A stretch of 63,458 bases of DNA from Bacteroidota bacterium (lineage in GTDB: Bacteria > Bacteroidota > Bacteroidia > Bacteroidales > CAIXZF01), in the NCBI GenBank assembly GCA_026391855.1, contig JAPLDE010000155.1:3369-66826 (forward strand), read 5' to 3'. The translations under genes were made by a program, and so were the position numbers. The notes under the pieces are model-generated. The model had not been told where the DNA came from. It saw nothing but the letters and a program-made list of their open reading frames with translations, and did no database searches. This document shows, piece by piece, positions 42,338-54,220 of the stretch (the stretch's first letter is position 1; every line of letters begins with the position of its first letter).

Positions 42338-42478
42338 AAAAGGCTTGTTTGGTACGCTGGAGTTGCCCAAAACGGGCTACCCTCTTTTTGCTTTTTATCC
42401 TTGGTACATTGCAAAAAAATCCGTACGTTTGAGGCAATTCCTGATCACTTAATTTTTCATTATTAAAAGCTTCTGTAT

Positions 42479-43969
42479 ATGGATAATTATGTTCCTATTC
42501 CTATAAACGATTCCCCAAATTCTTACCAGGAAGCCCTGAAGTTATGGATGGATGATGTAAAGGCTGCCAACGAATTTGTCGGGGTCATTCACAAGTTATG
42601 GTTCGATAAAACGATTGAACTGATACTATACCGGCGTCAGCTGCTCGACCGCAGTGCAACTTCCATTCTTCATAAACATTCATATGCCCAGAATATAATC
42701 AAAAAACCGCTTGTTGTTCAGGATTCTCTTTTACTGGCCAGCGCCATGCTTGAACTGGATGTTGCCCCGGCCAGAATTGATATGGGCAGACTGAATTCAG
42801 AATGGAGGGAGGAAAGAGAAAACTACAATTCTGATCCCAAAGCTTTCATCGCCGCAAAACTGGCCCACATCATCTCTGTTAAACCCAGAAGCGATCATTA
42901 TCAGGATGTTATATTATATGGGTTTGGCCGTATCGGCAGGATACTGGCCAGGGAAATGGTTAACCAGGCAGGGAACGGCTCCCAACTAAGGCTGAGGGCA
43001 ATCGTCACCAGGACCAATAACCCGGAAGATATCAGGAAAAGAGCTTCCCTCTTCCGTAAGGATTCGGTGCACGGACCATTTGAAGGGATTGCTATAGAAG
43101 ATGTTGATAATAAGCTTTTCTATATCAACGGTCATATGGTCCATATGCTGGCAGCCTCAAACCCTGAAGACATTGATTATGAGGCTTATGGCATTAAAAA
43201 TGCACTCCTTATCGACAACACCGGGGTTGTCCGCGACAGGGCCAGCCTCAGCCACCATCTGAATGCCAAAGGAGTTAGCAGGATACTATTAACGGCTCCC
43301 GGAAAAGGCGACATACCCAATATCGTTTACGGGGTTAATCAGGATACCTGTAACCTGAATGCGGATGAAGAACAGATCTTCTCCGCTGCCTCCTGCACCA
43401 CCAATGCGGTTGTACCTGTTATTGCCGTGATCGAAAGGGAACTGGAGATCGTTCGTGGTCATATAGAAACCATTCATTCATACACCAATGACCAGAACCT
43501 GCTGGATAACTACCATAAAAAGACCCGCCGTGGCAGATCGGCTCCGTTAAATATGGTAATCACCGAAACCGGTGCCGCAACAGCAGCTGTTAAAGCCATT
43601 CCCAGCTTAAGGGGCAAACTCACAGCCAATTCTGTCAGGGTCCCGACACCCAATGTTTCCCTGGCCATTCTATCACTTAATATTTCAAGAGATATTGATA
43701 AACAGGGAGTTAACGAGATCATGCGTCAGGCTTCCCTCAAAGGGACCCTGATAGAACAGATCCGTTATTCAACGGCATCCGAACTCGTTTCAACCGATGT
43801 AATCGGGGATTCGTGCGCCTGTGTATTCGATTCAGCAGCAACCCTGGTATCAGATGATAAAAGGAATATTGTACTTTATGTCTGGTATGACAATGAATTC
43901 GGTTATTCCAGCCAGGTGCTGCGCCTGGCCAAACACCTGGGACAGGTTAAAAGCTATCGCTATTATTAA
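42479..43969 (+). CDS. gap: Glyceraldehyde-3-phosphate dehydrogenase, long N-terminally extended form
   Basis: GFGRIGR, AASCTTN, RVPT, WYDNEFGY; N-terminal extension of about 140 aa. Confidence 0.92.
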   Translation: MDNYVPIPINDSPNSYQEALKLWMDDVKAANEFVGVIHKLWFDKTIELILYRRQLLDRSATSILHKHSYAQNIIKKPLVVQDSLLLASAMLELDVAPARIDMGRLNSEWREERENYNSDPKAFIAAKLAHIISVKPRSDHYQDVILYGFGRIGRILAREMVNQAGNGSQLRLRAIVTRTNNPEDIRKRASLFRKDSVHGPFEGIAIEDVDNKLFYINGHMVHMLAASNPEDIDYEAYGIKNALLIDNTGVVRDRASLSHHLNAKGVSRILLTAPGKGDIPNIVYGVNQDTCNLNADEEQIFSAASCTTNAVVPVIAVIERELEIVRGHIETIHSYTNDQNLLDNYHKKTRRGRSAPLNMVITETGAATAAVKAIPSLRGKLTANSVRVPTPNVSLAILSLNISRDIDKQGVNEIMRQASLKGTLIEQIRYSTASELVSTDVIGDSCACVFDSAATLVSDDKRNIVLYVWYDNEFGYSSQVLRLAKHLGQVKSYRYY

Positions 43970-43995
43970 TTTACCAAAGGTCTCTTTTCCTGTGA

Positions 43996-45604
<1,609 letters not shown>

Positions 45605-45666
45605 TACTGTTCTGCTGAAGTCGGACTTCCGGTCGTTTCTTCCTTTGTGGTTTGCTTTTTGCCATG

Positions 45667-45674
45667 TATCTTTG
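45667..45674 (+). promoter_or_regulatory. -7 element for yidC
   Basis: TATCTTTG with an upstream TTTG. Confidence 0.55.
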
Positions 45675-45706
45675 CAACCCTTTAATTAATTATTAATATT
45701 TGTTTA

Positions 45707-47629
45707 ATGGATAGAAATTCTGTCATTGGAGTGGTAATTATCTTTCTGATTATCATAGGGTCCTTTTACTGGATGACCCCCTCTGAATCTGAAAGGCAGA
45801 CACAGCGTCATTACCAGGATTCCATTGTAAAGGCCGAACAAACCCGCCAGGAATTGTCAATGGCTGCCAGAAAGGCAGAAACAACAAAGGATACTACTGC
45901 AGTTTCTGACACGGTTTCAAAGGAGAATGAAACCAATAACATATTAAGAGATAAATTCGGCTCCTTTTCAAATTCATCCCAAGGAAAAGAGAGGTTTATC
46001 ACTCTTCAGAGCGATCTGCTTGCCATCACCATCTCCTGCAAAGGCGGAGGGATAAGGAAAGTGGAACTGACCAACTATAAGACTTTTGATAAAAAACCCC
46101 TGGTCCTTTATTTTTCGGACACATCAATGGTGGGTTTTACCTTCTTCTCCAATAACAGGGCGCTGAATACCAGGGGCTTGTATTTTCAACCGAACTGGCC
46201 GGATAATAAATGGAAAAACAAGGATACCCTGAAGGTTAGCGGGAATGATTCGGTATCCTTTTCCATGAGGCTATACCCGGATGCAGCTGACTCTTCTTTT
46301 GACCGGTCAAAGTTTATCGAATACAAGTACACCTTGAAAGGGAATGATTATATGACTGGTTTCTTCCTGGGCTTTTCCGGGATGAAGGAAGTGCTGGCCG
46401 GTAATATGGATTATGTCAACCTGGAGTGGAGCATGCACATGAAGCAGCTTGAAAAAAGCCTGACCAATGAAAAAAATGTCACCACTATTTATTATAAATA
46501 CCTGAGTGATAATGTGGATTATTTGTCGGAAACCAAATACCAGACTAAATCGCTGAAAACCAAGGTCAAGTGGATCTCTTTCAAGCAACAGTTTTTCTCC
46601 GCCACCCTCATCGCCGATGGTTCTTTTGGCGCTGCTGAAATAACGAGCTATGATAATAAGGATACAAATCGTTACCTGAAATCACTGTCGGCCGCCATCG
46701 GTTTCCCGATAAACCTTGATGTCAAGTCCAGTCAGGTTCCGATGAAATTTTACTTCGGACCAAACAAATACAAGATATTCAGAAGCTATGGCCTGGATAT
46801 GGAAAGACAGATACCCCTGGGATGGAGTTTCTTTTTACTGGCCTGGATAAACAAATATGCGGTTATTCCGGTCTTTGACTTTCTGAGCAGTTTCAGTCTT
46901 AATTATGGTATTATTATTCTGATCCTAACCATATTACTAAAAATTGTCCTGTTCCCGATCGCCTATAAGACGTATATGTCATCAGCCAAAATGAAGGTGT
47001 TAAAACCGGAGGTTGAAGAGATCACCAAGAAATTTCCGAAAAAAGAAGATGCACTGAAAAAGCAACAGGCCACCATGGATTTATATAAGCGGGCAGGGAT
47101 CAACCCAATGTCGGGTTGTTTTCCAATGCTCCTTCAGCTTCCCATACTTATTGCCATGTTCCGTTTTTTTCCGGCATCTATTGAACTCCGACAGCAGCCT
47201 TTTTTATGGGCTACTGATCTTTCTTCCTATGATTCTATCTTCTCATTGCCATTTAATATCCCTTTCTATGGGGACCATGTCAGCTTGTTCTGCCTGTTGA
47301 TGACTATTTCCACCCTGATCTACACCAAACTGTCGAACGACATGATGTCGTCGAGTTCTCAGCAGATGCCCGGAATGAAGACCATGATGTACCTGATGCC
47401 CATCATGTTTCTCGGTTTTTTCAACAGTTATTCTTCAGGGCTCAGCTATTATTATTTACTGGCCAACCTGATCACTTTTGCCCAGATGTACATTTTCCGC
47501 AAGGTAGTCAACGAAGAAAAGATACATGCCACAATTCAGGAGAATAAGAAAAAACCGGTGAAAAAGTCCGGTTTTCAGAAAAGACTGGAAGAAATGGCAA
47601 ACAAGCGCGGTTACCCGGCCAAGAGGTAA
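45707..47629 (+). CDS. yidC: Membrane protein insertase YidC
   Basis: KQQFF, NYGIIILILT, GCFPMLLQLP, LWATDLS, GLSYYY. Confidence 0.95.
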   Translation: MDRNSVIGVVIIFLIIIGSFYWMTPSESERQTQRHYQDSIVKAEQTRQELSMAARKAETTKDTTAVSDTVSKENETNNILRDKFGSFSNSSQGKERFITLQSDLLAITISCKGGGIRKVELTNYKTFDKKPLVLYFSDTSMVGFTFFSNNRALNTRGLYFQPNWPDNKWKNKDTLKVSGNDSVSFSMRLYPDAADSSFDRSKFIEYKYTLKGNDYMTGFFLGFSGMKEVLAGNMDYVNLEWSMHMKQLEKSLTNEKNVTTIYYKYLSDNVDYLSETKYQTKSLKTKVKWISFKQQFFSATLIADGSFGAAEITSYDNKDTNRYLKSLSAAIGFPINLDVKSSQVPMKFYFGPNKYKIFRSYGLDMERQIPLGWSFFLLAWINKYAVIPVFDFLSSFSLNYGIIILILTILLKIVLFPIAYKTYMSSAKMKVLKPEVEEITKKFPKKEDALKKQQATMDLYKRAGINPMSGCFPMLLQLPILIAMFRFFPASIELRQQPFLWATDLSSYDSIFSLPFNIPFYGDHVSLFCLLMTISTLIYTKLSNDMMSSSSQQMPGMKTMMYLMPIMFLGFFNSYSSGLSYYYLLANLITFAQMYIFRKVVNEEKIHATIQENKKKPVKKSGFQKRLEEMANKRGYPAKR

Positions 47630-47653
47630 GAGATCACAAGGAATAACCCGGTA

Positions 47654-48394
47654 TCAGAGGAAGGTCATGAATTTTTTCAGGCCTTCTTTTTTTCTGTCAT
47701 CCAGCGGGTAACTGATGTTGTTCTTCAGGTATTCGCTGATGTTGATGTCGGGGAAAAGAGCAGGATCTATCCGTTCCACCACCTCTGCCATATGAGTGAC
47801 ACCATATTCTATAGCATTGTTGAATTGTGAGATAAAGGGTTCGGGCAGTTCTCCCCTGGAGACCCAGCAGGCAAATACAAAGGGAAGCGAAGTCCATTGC
47901 TGCCACTGTTCTGCCAGGTCATAGATGTAGGGAAACACCTTTTCCAGTCCGAAAGTCTTATCACCGATCAACAGAGCTCCGCTACCTTCGGGAAGATGCT
48001 GCAAAACAGCCGGTTCCAGCCTTTTCCAAATGAATTCCTTTTTCCAGTATTCTTTGGCAAGTACCTGTATCAGTCTTGCTGATGTCCGGGAATCATTATC
48101 AAGATAAATGGTGGTAATTTTCTCAAGGGGCGATAAACTGACCATGATCACTGTTTTTACCTGGCCGACGGCACCGATGCAGTAGTCAGTAACGATTGAT
48201 GCACCGGGGATACGAGGTATAGCTGCTATAGGCACAATCCCGATGTCTACCTGTCCGGCTACCAGTTTTTCAGCACAGGCCGAGGGAACATCCAGGGAAA
48301 GGCGATAATTGTCAAGAAATCCTGATTCTCTGATGCCATAAACAAAGGGAGTCGTGTTCAGGTAGGAGATGGCAGAAATTCGTAATGTCTCCAT
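47654..48394 (-). CDS. mqnA: Chorismate dehydratase (futalosine menaquinone pathway)
   Basis: ISYLNTTPF, SRTS, LLIGD, DLAEQW..TSLPFVFACW. Confidence 0.88.
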   Translation of the reverse strand: METLRISAISYLNTTPFVYGIRESGFLDNYRLSLDVPSACAEKLVAGQVDIGIVPIAAIPRIPGASIVTDYCIGAVGQVKTVIMVSLSPLEKITTIYLDNDSRTSARLIQVLAKEYWKKEFIWKRLEPAVLQHLPEGSGALLIGDKTFGLEKVFPYIYDLAEQWQQWTSLPFVFACWVSRGELPEPFISQFNNAIEYGVTHMAEVVERIDPALFPDINISEYLKNNISYPLDDRKKEGLKKFMTFL

Positions 48395-48434
48395 GACCGG
48401 GTTAATTTAAGGGCAAAGGTAATGGAGTTTCCGC

Positions 48435-49586
48435 TTAGTCCTTTAACAGTTCTTCCAGGGCAAGAATGGAATAGCAGCTTACCAGGACAGGATTGTCTTC
48501 CATCCACCTGTTATGCAATGGGTTAACCCATGACCCGTCGGCTTTCTGGTAACCAATGATTTTGTTGGCCAGCTCTTCTTTCCAATTGTGTTTTTTACCA
48601 CTGGAATCACTGATAATGTTTTCACCATATATTTCAAGTGATTTTGCCATGGTATGATAATAATAGAACAGACCCTGCGACCCCATCCCCGGGTTTTCAT
48701 CAACAGAATAATTCTTTTGGATCCATGTAAAAGCTGCCTGAACCCGCTGGTCATTCTTTGACAGATTGGCATGGATCATGCTTTTGAGTCCGGCATAAGT
48801 CATGCTCCCATAGGATTTCTGATCTCCAGCCTTGGATATTCCGGGCCCGTACATAAAACCACCGTCATTGGAAGTATAAGGCTCCGGATTCACTGAACTG
48901 AGATTTTGACAACGGGCCAGGAAAACCATGGTCCTCTCCAGGTATTTATTCTTCTCCTCCAGCATTTTTCTCTCATTTTCATCCCTGCTGGCCTCTATTT
49001 CATATTTGTTCTTCTGATACAACGCTTCCAGGCTCCATTGCACATTCGACAAATCCGGCCTGGCTTTGAACCCATAACCGACTCCGCCGTAATAAAGACT
49101 GTCTCTGGTATACCCGTTGGCTTCGTCAAACTGTAAATTCAACAGAAATCTTTCGAGTTTACCGATAACAGACTGGTACGCTATATTCCCGGCATCTTTA
49201 AAGGCCATAAGCACAATGGCCGAATTATAGTTTGCATTTTCATCAACATAGATTCCCCCGTCTTTTTGTTGGTTTGATAAGAGGAAGTTAAAACCCCGGG
49301 TTATAAATGAGTCCTGTGTAGTAAAATCATAACCACCCCGGAGAAAGGATGACAGTGAAAGGGCAGTGATGGCCGGATAATCCTGCCAGGACCCGTTTTC
49401 CTTTTGCTGAGCTCTCAAGAACACCAGGCCCTTTTTTATCGCCTGTTGAATATCTTTTCTCAGAGAGGGGTCAAGCGTAGCGCCGGGTGGGGAAACGACA
49501 TTACCGCAAAGGACTATGTTACTATAAATCAGTAAAATGATTAGAAATATTTGGGAAAATACCCTGGTTCTTCTATTGGTTTGCAT
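48435..49586 (-). CDS. Secreted prenyltransferase/squalene oxidase (QW-repeat) alpha-barrel protein
   Basis: Signal peptide; QW-like motifs QQKENGSW, QQKDGGI, QKADGSW; also PDLSN, SYGSMTYAGLKS, GLFYYY. Confidence 0.85.
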   Translation of the reverse strand: MQTNRRTRVFSQIFLIILLIYSNIVLCGNVVSPPGATLDPSLRKDIQQAIKKGLVFLRAQQKENGSWQDYPAITALSLSSFLRGGYDFTTQDSFITRGFNFLLSNQQKDGGIYVDENANYNSAIVLMAFKDAGNIAYQSVIGKLERFLLNLQFDEANGYTRDSLYYGGVGYGFKARPDLSNVQWSLEALYQKNKYEIEASRDENERKMLEEKNKYLERTMVFLARCQNLSSVNPEPYTSNDGGFMYGPGISKAGDQKSYGSMTYAGLKSMIHANLSKNDQRVQAAFTWIQKNYSVDENPGMGSQGLFYYYHTMAKSLEIYGENIISDSSGKKHNWKEELANKIIGYQKADGSWVNPLHNRWMEDNPVLVSCYSILALEELLKD

Positions 49587-49592
49587 TGGTCA

Positions 49593-50309
49593 TTAATTAA
49601 CTCGTTTAATTTTTATGATAACATTTTGGTGGGGTGAAAGTTTTTCGGTGATATCATTTACAAAGAAATAATTGTCGTTAAACAGCCTGGAAGAGTTCAA
49701 TTCGAGAATGGCGTCAGACTCGATGAAGCTGACCACCAGGTTGTTACCGGAACCGGCGTAGGGATTTCCCTTTTCATCGGTGGGTAATCCTTTAAAATGC
49801 CACAGGACTGGTTCCAGCGGAATGTTTTTGTATTTATCCCAGATAAGAGTTTCCACCCTTTTTTCATGTTGTCCCAGACTGTCCGAATACTGCACACTGA
49901 TTTCAAGCAGGTCTGGTTTGCTTTTTTTATGCCTTATTTTTTCAACCTGACTGGGATTTTTCGAATAAGTGGAATAGGGTGTGGTTTTCATACACCCGAT
50001 GAGGGTCAGCGCTGCTTCGAACGTTACCGGATTAATTTGAGTAATAAAGATGCTTTCGTGATTTTTTCCTCCGGGTGTCGAGATGACGACCTCGATCAGG
50101 CCCCTGCTCATGTTTACCTGGGCGGGAAAGGAAAAACAGTACCGGCATTGGTCGACGGTAACAAGCCCAAGGTTGAGCAGACAATGATCATCAGCGGTTG
50201 TAGCGGCCTGGTTTTGGGCAATGGAAACAAGAGGAATAAGGGAAGTGACAGGAAGAATGATGAAAAGAAAAAGGAAAATCATTGAATTTGGTCTGCAACC
50301 TGTCTTCAC
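49593..50309 (-). CDS. Secreted YdjY-like domain protein
   Basis: Signal peptide; GLIEV....GGKNHESIF...FEAALTLIG...W.F.G pattern resembles the YdjY family. Confidence 0.6.
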   Translation of the reverse strand: MKTGCRPNSMIFLFLFIILPVTSLIPLVSIAQNQAATTADDHCLLNLGLVTVDQCRYCFSFPAQVNMSRGLIEVVISTPGGKNHESIFITQINPVTFEAALTLIGCMKTTPYSTYSKNPSQVEKIRHKKSKPDLLEISVQYSDSLGQHEKRVETLIWDKYKNIPLEPVLWHFKGLPTDEKGNPYAGSGNNLVVSFIESDAILELNSSRLFNDNYFFVNDITEKLSPHQNVIIKIKRVN

Positions 50310-50389
50310 TCCGGTCGGGGATTAATGGAAAATAAAAAATTTTCCCGGTAAAGGTAGTCAACAGATAAACGCGGAGGGCGACCGGGATT

Positions 50390-50758
50390 TTAAATCCTGG
50401 ACCTGGTTTTTACTCTTTCGTTATGGAGAAGGTATCCTTCCAGAATGACCAGCAGACAACCAGGGAAGGTAATACCGAATCCCACACCATAAGTGCCGGC
50501 ACCTACTCCTGTGTTCATCAGGTGGATATAGTGAAGCACTCCGATGGCAATGATTATGAATGAAAGAAAGATAGGTGCTTTTTCCGAAAAGAAAAGCGAT
50601 AACCCTGTTAGCAGGCCTAGTGCCAGAATAAGTAACCCGATGTCGGTGTTAAGCCCTGCTGTTGCACTGATTACTGAGGCTTCTCTCCAGGGCAGGAAGG
50701 AACTTAAAACGATCATGCACGCCCCTGTAAAACCTATCCATTCAACTTTATTCTTCAT
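50390..50758 (-). CDS. Small hypothetical membrane protein
   Basis: About four hydrophobic segments; SFLPW motif. Confidence 0.7.
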   Translation of the reverse strand: MKNKVEWIGFTGACMIVLSSFLPWREASVISATAGLNTDIGLLILALGLLTGLSLFFSEKAPIFLSFIIIAIGVLHYIHLMNTGVGAGTYGVGFGITFPGCLLVILEGYLLHNERVKTRSRI

Positions 50759-51010
50759 ATACTTCTTTTTTTCAGCATAAAAAAATCACGTTATCCTTCA
50801 TTTTCAAGGCTGAGAAAAAAAATCTCTCCGATTGAATGCTATTTGTTATATACGTTTGTCCATAAATAAGGTTCATTCCAAAAACAGGAAAATTTCCTAA
50901 AATGAATTCAAAGACAAAAATAGAAAAATACTTGAATTGAAAAACAAGAATATGAAGAAAAACCTTTTTATTTTTCAACATATTCATCAACAAAATGGAA
51001 AGGAACAGGA

Positions 51011-52753
51011 TCAGGGGGTATAGCTGGCGTCGACGTCACCAAAACACTCGACCTTGATGTTTTGATCCAGGTTATTCCCGGCGACCTGGATGAGGGGTGT
51101 CTCTCCCGTCCAATCGCCTGAAACAAAGGAATTTACCAACCCTACAAACCGTTTGGCTATCACCAGGGCGTCATTTGAGTTGACATAGGTTGAAGCATCC
51201 ACATCAGCTGCCTGTAATGGCAAACCGCTCAAATAGGTCATGCCCGTAAAATGTTTCAGAATAGCCAGGGCATCAACGGCATTCCCGCCACCCCAGGGTT
51301 TGTTTATAAGGGTCTTCAGACGGTAAGAACCATTGGGAACATCTGAGAGTGAATAATGCCCTGTTGTATCGGTTTGTGTTTGGGCGAGGATGTTACCCTG
51401 CAGGTCAAGCAACTGAACAGTGATTCCTTTCATTGCGGTATGGGCAGTGTTGTTATACTGCACATTACCCGCGATCTGAAAATGGGGTGGTCCAACCATC
51501 ACGAAAACAGAATCAGTTCCTGAACAACCAATGCTATCGGTGACAGTCAGATAATAAGTTGTAGGACCGGCCGGCAGTGCGACAGGGTCAGGAATGTTGG
51601 GATTACTGAGGCTGCCGGCTGGTGCCCAGGTATAAAAATATGGTGAACTTCCTCCGGTGACCATTGCCTGAAGAAGTGCCGGCTGACCTGTCACAACGGA
51701 TGTGTCCTGGCCTGCATCGACTTCAGGGCTCAGTCTGATAATAACCAGGGTGTTGGCCATCCGGGTAAGGCCTTGTGAGTCGGTTATGGTAACAGAATAA
51801 ATATTGCTGGCAGGAGGGCTGATCTGTATCGCGGGGGTCGTTTGCCCGTCGCTCCACAGATAGGTGTATGGCGGCGTTCCACCATTGAGGGTTACCCCAA
51901 GTTGCACCGTTTCACCCTGACAAATCTGGTAAGAAATAGGCATAGCCGCCGTAAACATCGTCCTGATTGAATCATAGTAAAGCACGGTGGTAGCCATTCC
52001 TTCTACTGTGATCTCAATGATGGGAAGGCCTTTATTATCGGCCATCCATTTATATTCGGTGTAATTACGGTTGATCGGGACACCCATTGAAAGGGAGTCA
52101 ATATAAATGCTGTCATATTCCGATACCACCGACTTAACCCTTATGCTCGGAAAACTTCCGAAAGGAGTGGTTACCGTTCCCCAGCCATCCACATGGTTCA
52201 CCCTGTGACGGGATGTGGAAAGATAACCATAGCCGGCCAGGTTCAGCGAAAAGGTGGAGGTAGATGAATCAGTTGTGCCTACTGTCAACGGAAACCTGAA
52301 CAGTATGTCAGGGGTATTGTATTTGATAGGGATGGTAAGCCCGTTCAGGGTTATGCCTACCCCCGAAAAACCATAAATTGTATTGGTTTCACGAAAAAAG
52401 GAATATACATCTGTGAGGGTGACCCCGCCTAATGAATCAAAACTGCCCCCGGGTGAAGCAATGGTTGCCTTGTTGGGATCAAACGGTAAATTGAAAACCA
52501 ACTGGTAAGTTACCGGTGTGGTGGAAACAGCCACATAATTATCTACCTGTTGACTTACCCAGTCAAGGGTGGAAAAATCCCAGGTAAAATTTGTACCACT
52601 TGTTTGATAGTCAAGGTTATACATTGAATATGTCTTCGATCTTCTCATGGAATCACCCACATTGGGCATATCATTCCGGTTTATGGTGATCTGTGCCAAA
52701 CTATTGAAAATCAATCCGAACAGAGCTAATGATAAAACGATTATCTTTTTCAT
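51011..52753 (-). CDS. Secreted multidomain protein ending in a dockerin-like module
   Basis: Signal peptide; DGWGTVTTPFG domain; Ig/SprB-like repeats GGTPPYTYLWS; C-terminal AADVDASTYVNSNDAL...GDVDAS. Confidence 0.8.
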   Translation of the reverse strand: MKKIIVLSLALFGLIFNSLAQITINRNDMPNVGDSMRRSKTYSMYNLDYQTSGTNFTWDFSTLDWVSQQVDNYVAVSTTPVTYQLVFNLPFDPNKATIASPGGSFDSLGGVTLTDVYSFFRETNTIYGFSGVGITLNGLTIPIKYNTPDILFRFPLTVGTTDSSTSTFSLNLAGYGYLSTSRHRVNHVDGWGTVTTPFGSFPSIRVKSVVSEYDSIYIDSLSMGVPINRNYTEYKWMADNKGLPIIEITVEGMATTVLYYDSIRTMFTAAMPISYQICQGETVQLGVTLNGGTPPYTYLWSDGQTTPAIQISPPASNIYSVTITDSQGLTRMANTLVIIRLSPEVDAGQDTSVVTGQPALLQAMVTGGSSPYFYTWAPAGSLSNPNIPDPVALPAGPTTYYLTVTDSIGCSGTDSVFVMVGPPHFQIAGNVQYNNTAHTAMKGITVQLLDLQGNILAQTQTDTTGHYSLSDVPNGSYRLKTLINKPWGGGNAVDALAILKHFTGMTYLSGLPLQAADVDASTYVNSNDALVIAKRFVGLVNSFVSGDWTGETPLIQVAGNNLDQNIKVECFGDVDASYTP

Positions 52754-52971
52754 GATAACTGATTTGTTTTTTCAAACCTACATATAATTTTATTAGAAAT
52801 CAAGTCCCGGTTTAGCCCGAAGGGTGTTGGTATAAATAAACTGTACTGATAAGTTGTTGGTATTAAATAAGATGCATGTATTTTTTAGAATCCTTTTTTA
52901 GGTTTCACCCGGATGATCTTATTCAAGAGAATATTGTAATTTTGCATACTAAAATAATGCAGGGAGTAATT

Positions 52972-54189
52972 ATGGTGGTTGAGCGCAAACTGGATTTGAT
53001 CGAGGAAGCCATTGCTGAATTTCGTCAGGGTAAGGTTATCATTGTAGTAGATGATGAGGACCGTGAGAATGAGGGTGATTTTATAACGGCAGCAGAGACC
53101 ATCACCCCTGAGATAGTTAATTTCATGGCCATGCACGGAAGAGGGCTGATATGCACGCCTTTGACTGAAGACCGGTGTGAATCGCTTGAGTTAGAGCTCA
53201 TGGTAAGCAGGAACACATCTCTTCATGAGACTCCTTTCACCGTTTCTGTTGACTTGCTTGGGAATGGTTGTACCACAGGGATTTCGACCAGTGACCGGGC
53301 AAAAACAATAAGGGCTCTTGCAGATCCGGCAACTGTTCCGGGAGATCTGGGCAGACCCGGACATATCTTTCCCCTGAAAGCCAAGATGGCAGGTGTGCTT
53401 AGAAGAGCAGGGCATACAGAAGCCACTATTGACATGGCAAGGTTAGCCGGATTTTTTCCGGCCGGAGCCCTGGTAGAGATCATGAATGAGGATGGCAGCA
53501 TGGCCAGGTTACCTGATCTGTTTAAGATTGCAGATAAGTTCGGGTTAAAAATCATTTCGATCAAGGATCTGATCGCTTATCGCCTTAGGAATGAAAGCCT
53601 TATACAACGGTTGAACACTGTTGAACTGCCTACTCAGTATGGATATTTTAAGCTGACTGATTATAGGCAGACCACCAACGGTATGGTTCACCTGGCTTTA
53701 GTAAAAGGGACCTGGCAACCTGATGAACCCATACTGGTCAGGGTTCATTCCTCCTGTGTGACAGGAGATATCTTTGGTTCACATCGTTGCGACTGCGGTG
53801 AACAACTGCATGCTTCGATGGAACTGGTTGAAAAAGCAGGGAAGGGGATCATCATATACATGAATCAGGAAGGACGGGGGATTGGACTGGTGAATAAACT
53901 GAAAGCCTATCATCTCCAGGATCTTGGCAGGGATACCATTGAAGCCAATGTTGAACTAGGTTTCAAACCGGATGAGCGGGATTATGGAATAGGTGCGCAG
54001 ATCCTTCGCGACCTGGGTGCGGCAAAAATCCACCTGATTTCAAACAACCCGACAAAAAAAGCCGGTTTGTCGGGATATGGTATAGAGATCCTGGACAACA
54101 TCCCGTTGAAAATAAAGCCTAACAAACACAATATCAAGTATCTGACTACCAAGAAGGAAAAAATGGGCCATGACCTGGAATTGGATTAA
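52972..54189 (+). CDS. ribBA: Bifunctional DHBP synthase / GTP cyclohydrolase II
   Basis: [41 protein letters not shown]; TAATTTTG at 52937-52944 supports the later start. Confidence 0.95.
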   Translation: MVVERKLDLIEEAIAEFRQGKVIIVVDDEDRENEGDFITAAETITPEIVNFMAMHGRGLICTPLTEDRCESLELELMVSRNTSLHETPFTVSVDLLGNGCTTGISTSDRAKTIRALADPATVPGDLGRPGHIFPLKAKMAGVLRRAGHTEATIDMARLAGFFPAGALVEIMNEDGSMARLPDLFKIADKFGLKIISIKDLIAYRLRNESLIQRLNTVELPTQYGYFKLTDYRQTTNGMVHLALVKGTWQPDEPILVRVHSSCVTGDIFGSHRCDCGEQLHASMELVEKAGKGIIIYMNQEGRGIGLVNKLKAYHLQDLGRDTIEANVELGFKPDERDYGIGAQILRDLGAAKIHLISNNPTKKAGLSGYGIEILDNIPLKIKPNKHNIKYLTTKKEKMGHDLELD

Positions 54190-54220
54190 AGACCCATGCT
54201 TTTATTTGTTATCATGTGTT

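Noticed and set aside
42479-42900. N-terminal extension of GAPDH as a novelty
   Set aside because: Long-form GAPDHs of this type are an established subfamily
50772-50993. 73-aa AT-rich ORF
   Set aside because: Low-complexity F/K/I composition with no motif; probably intergenic
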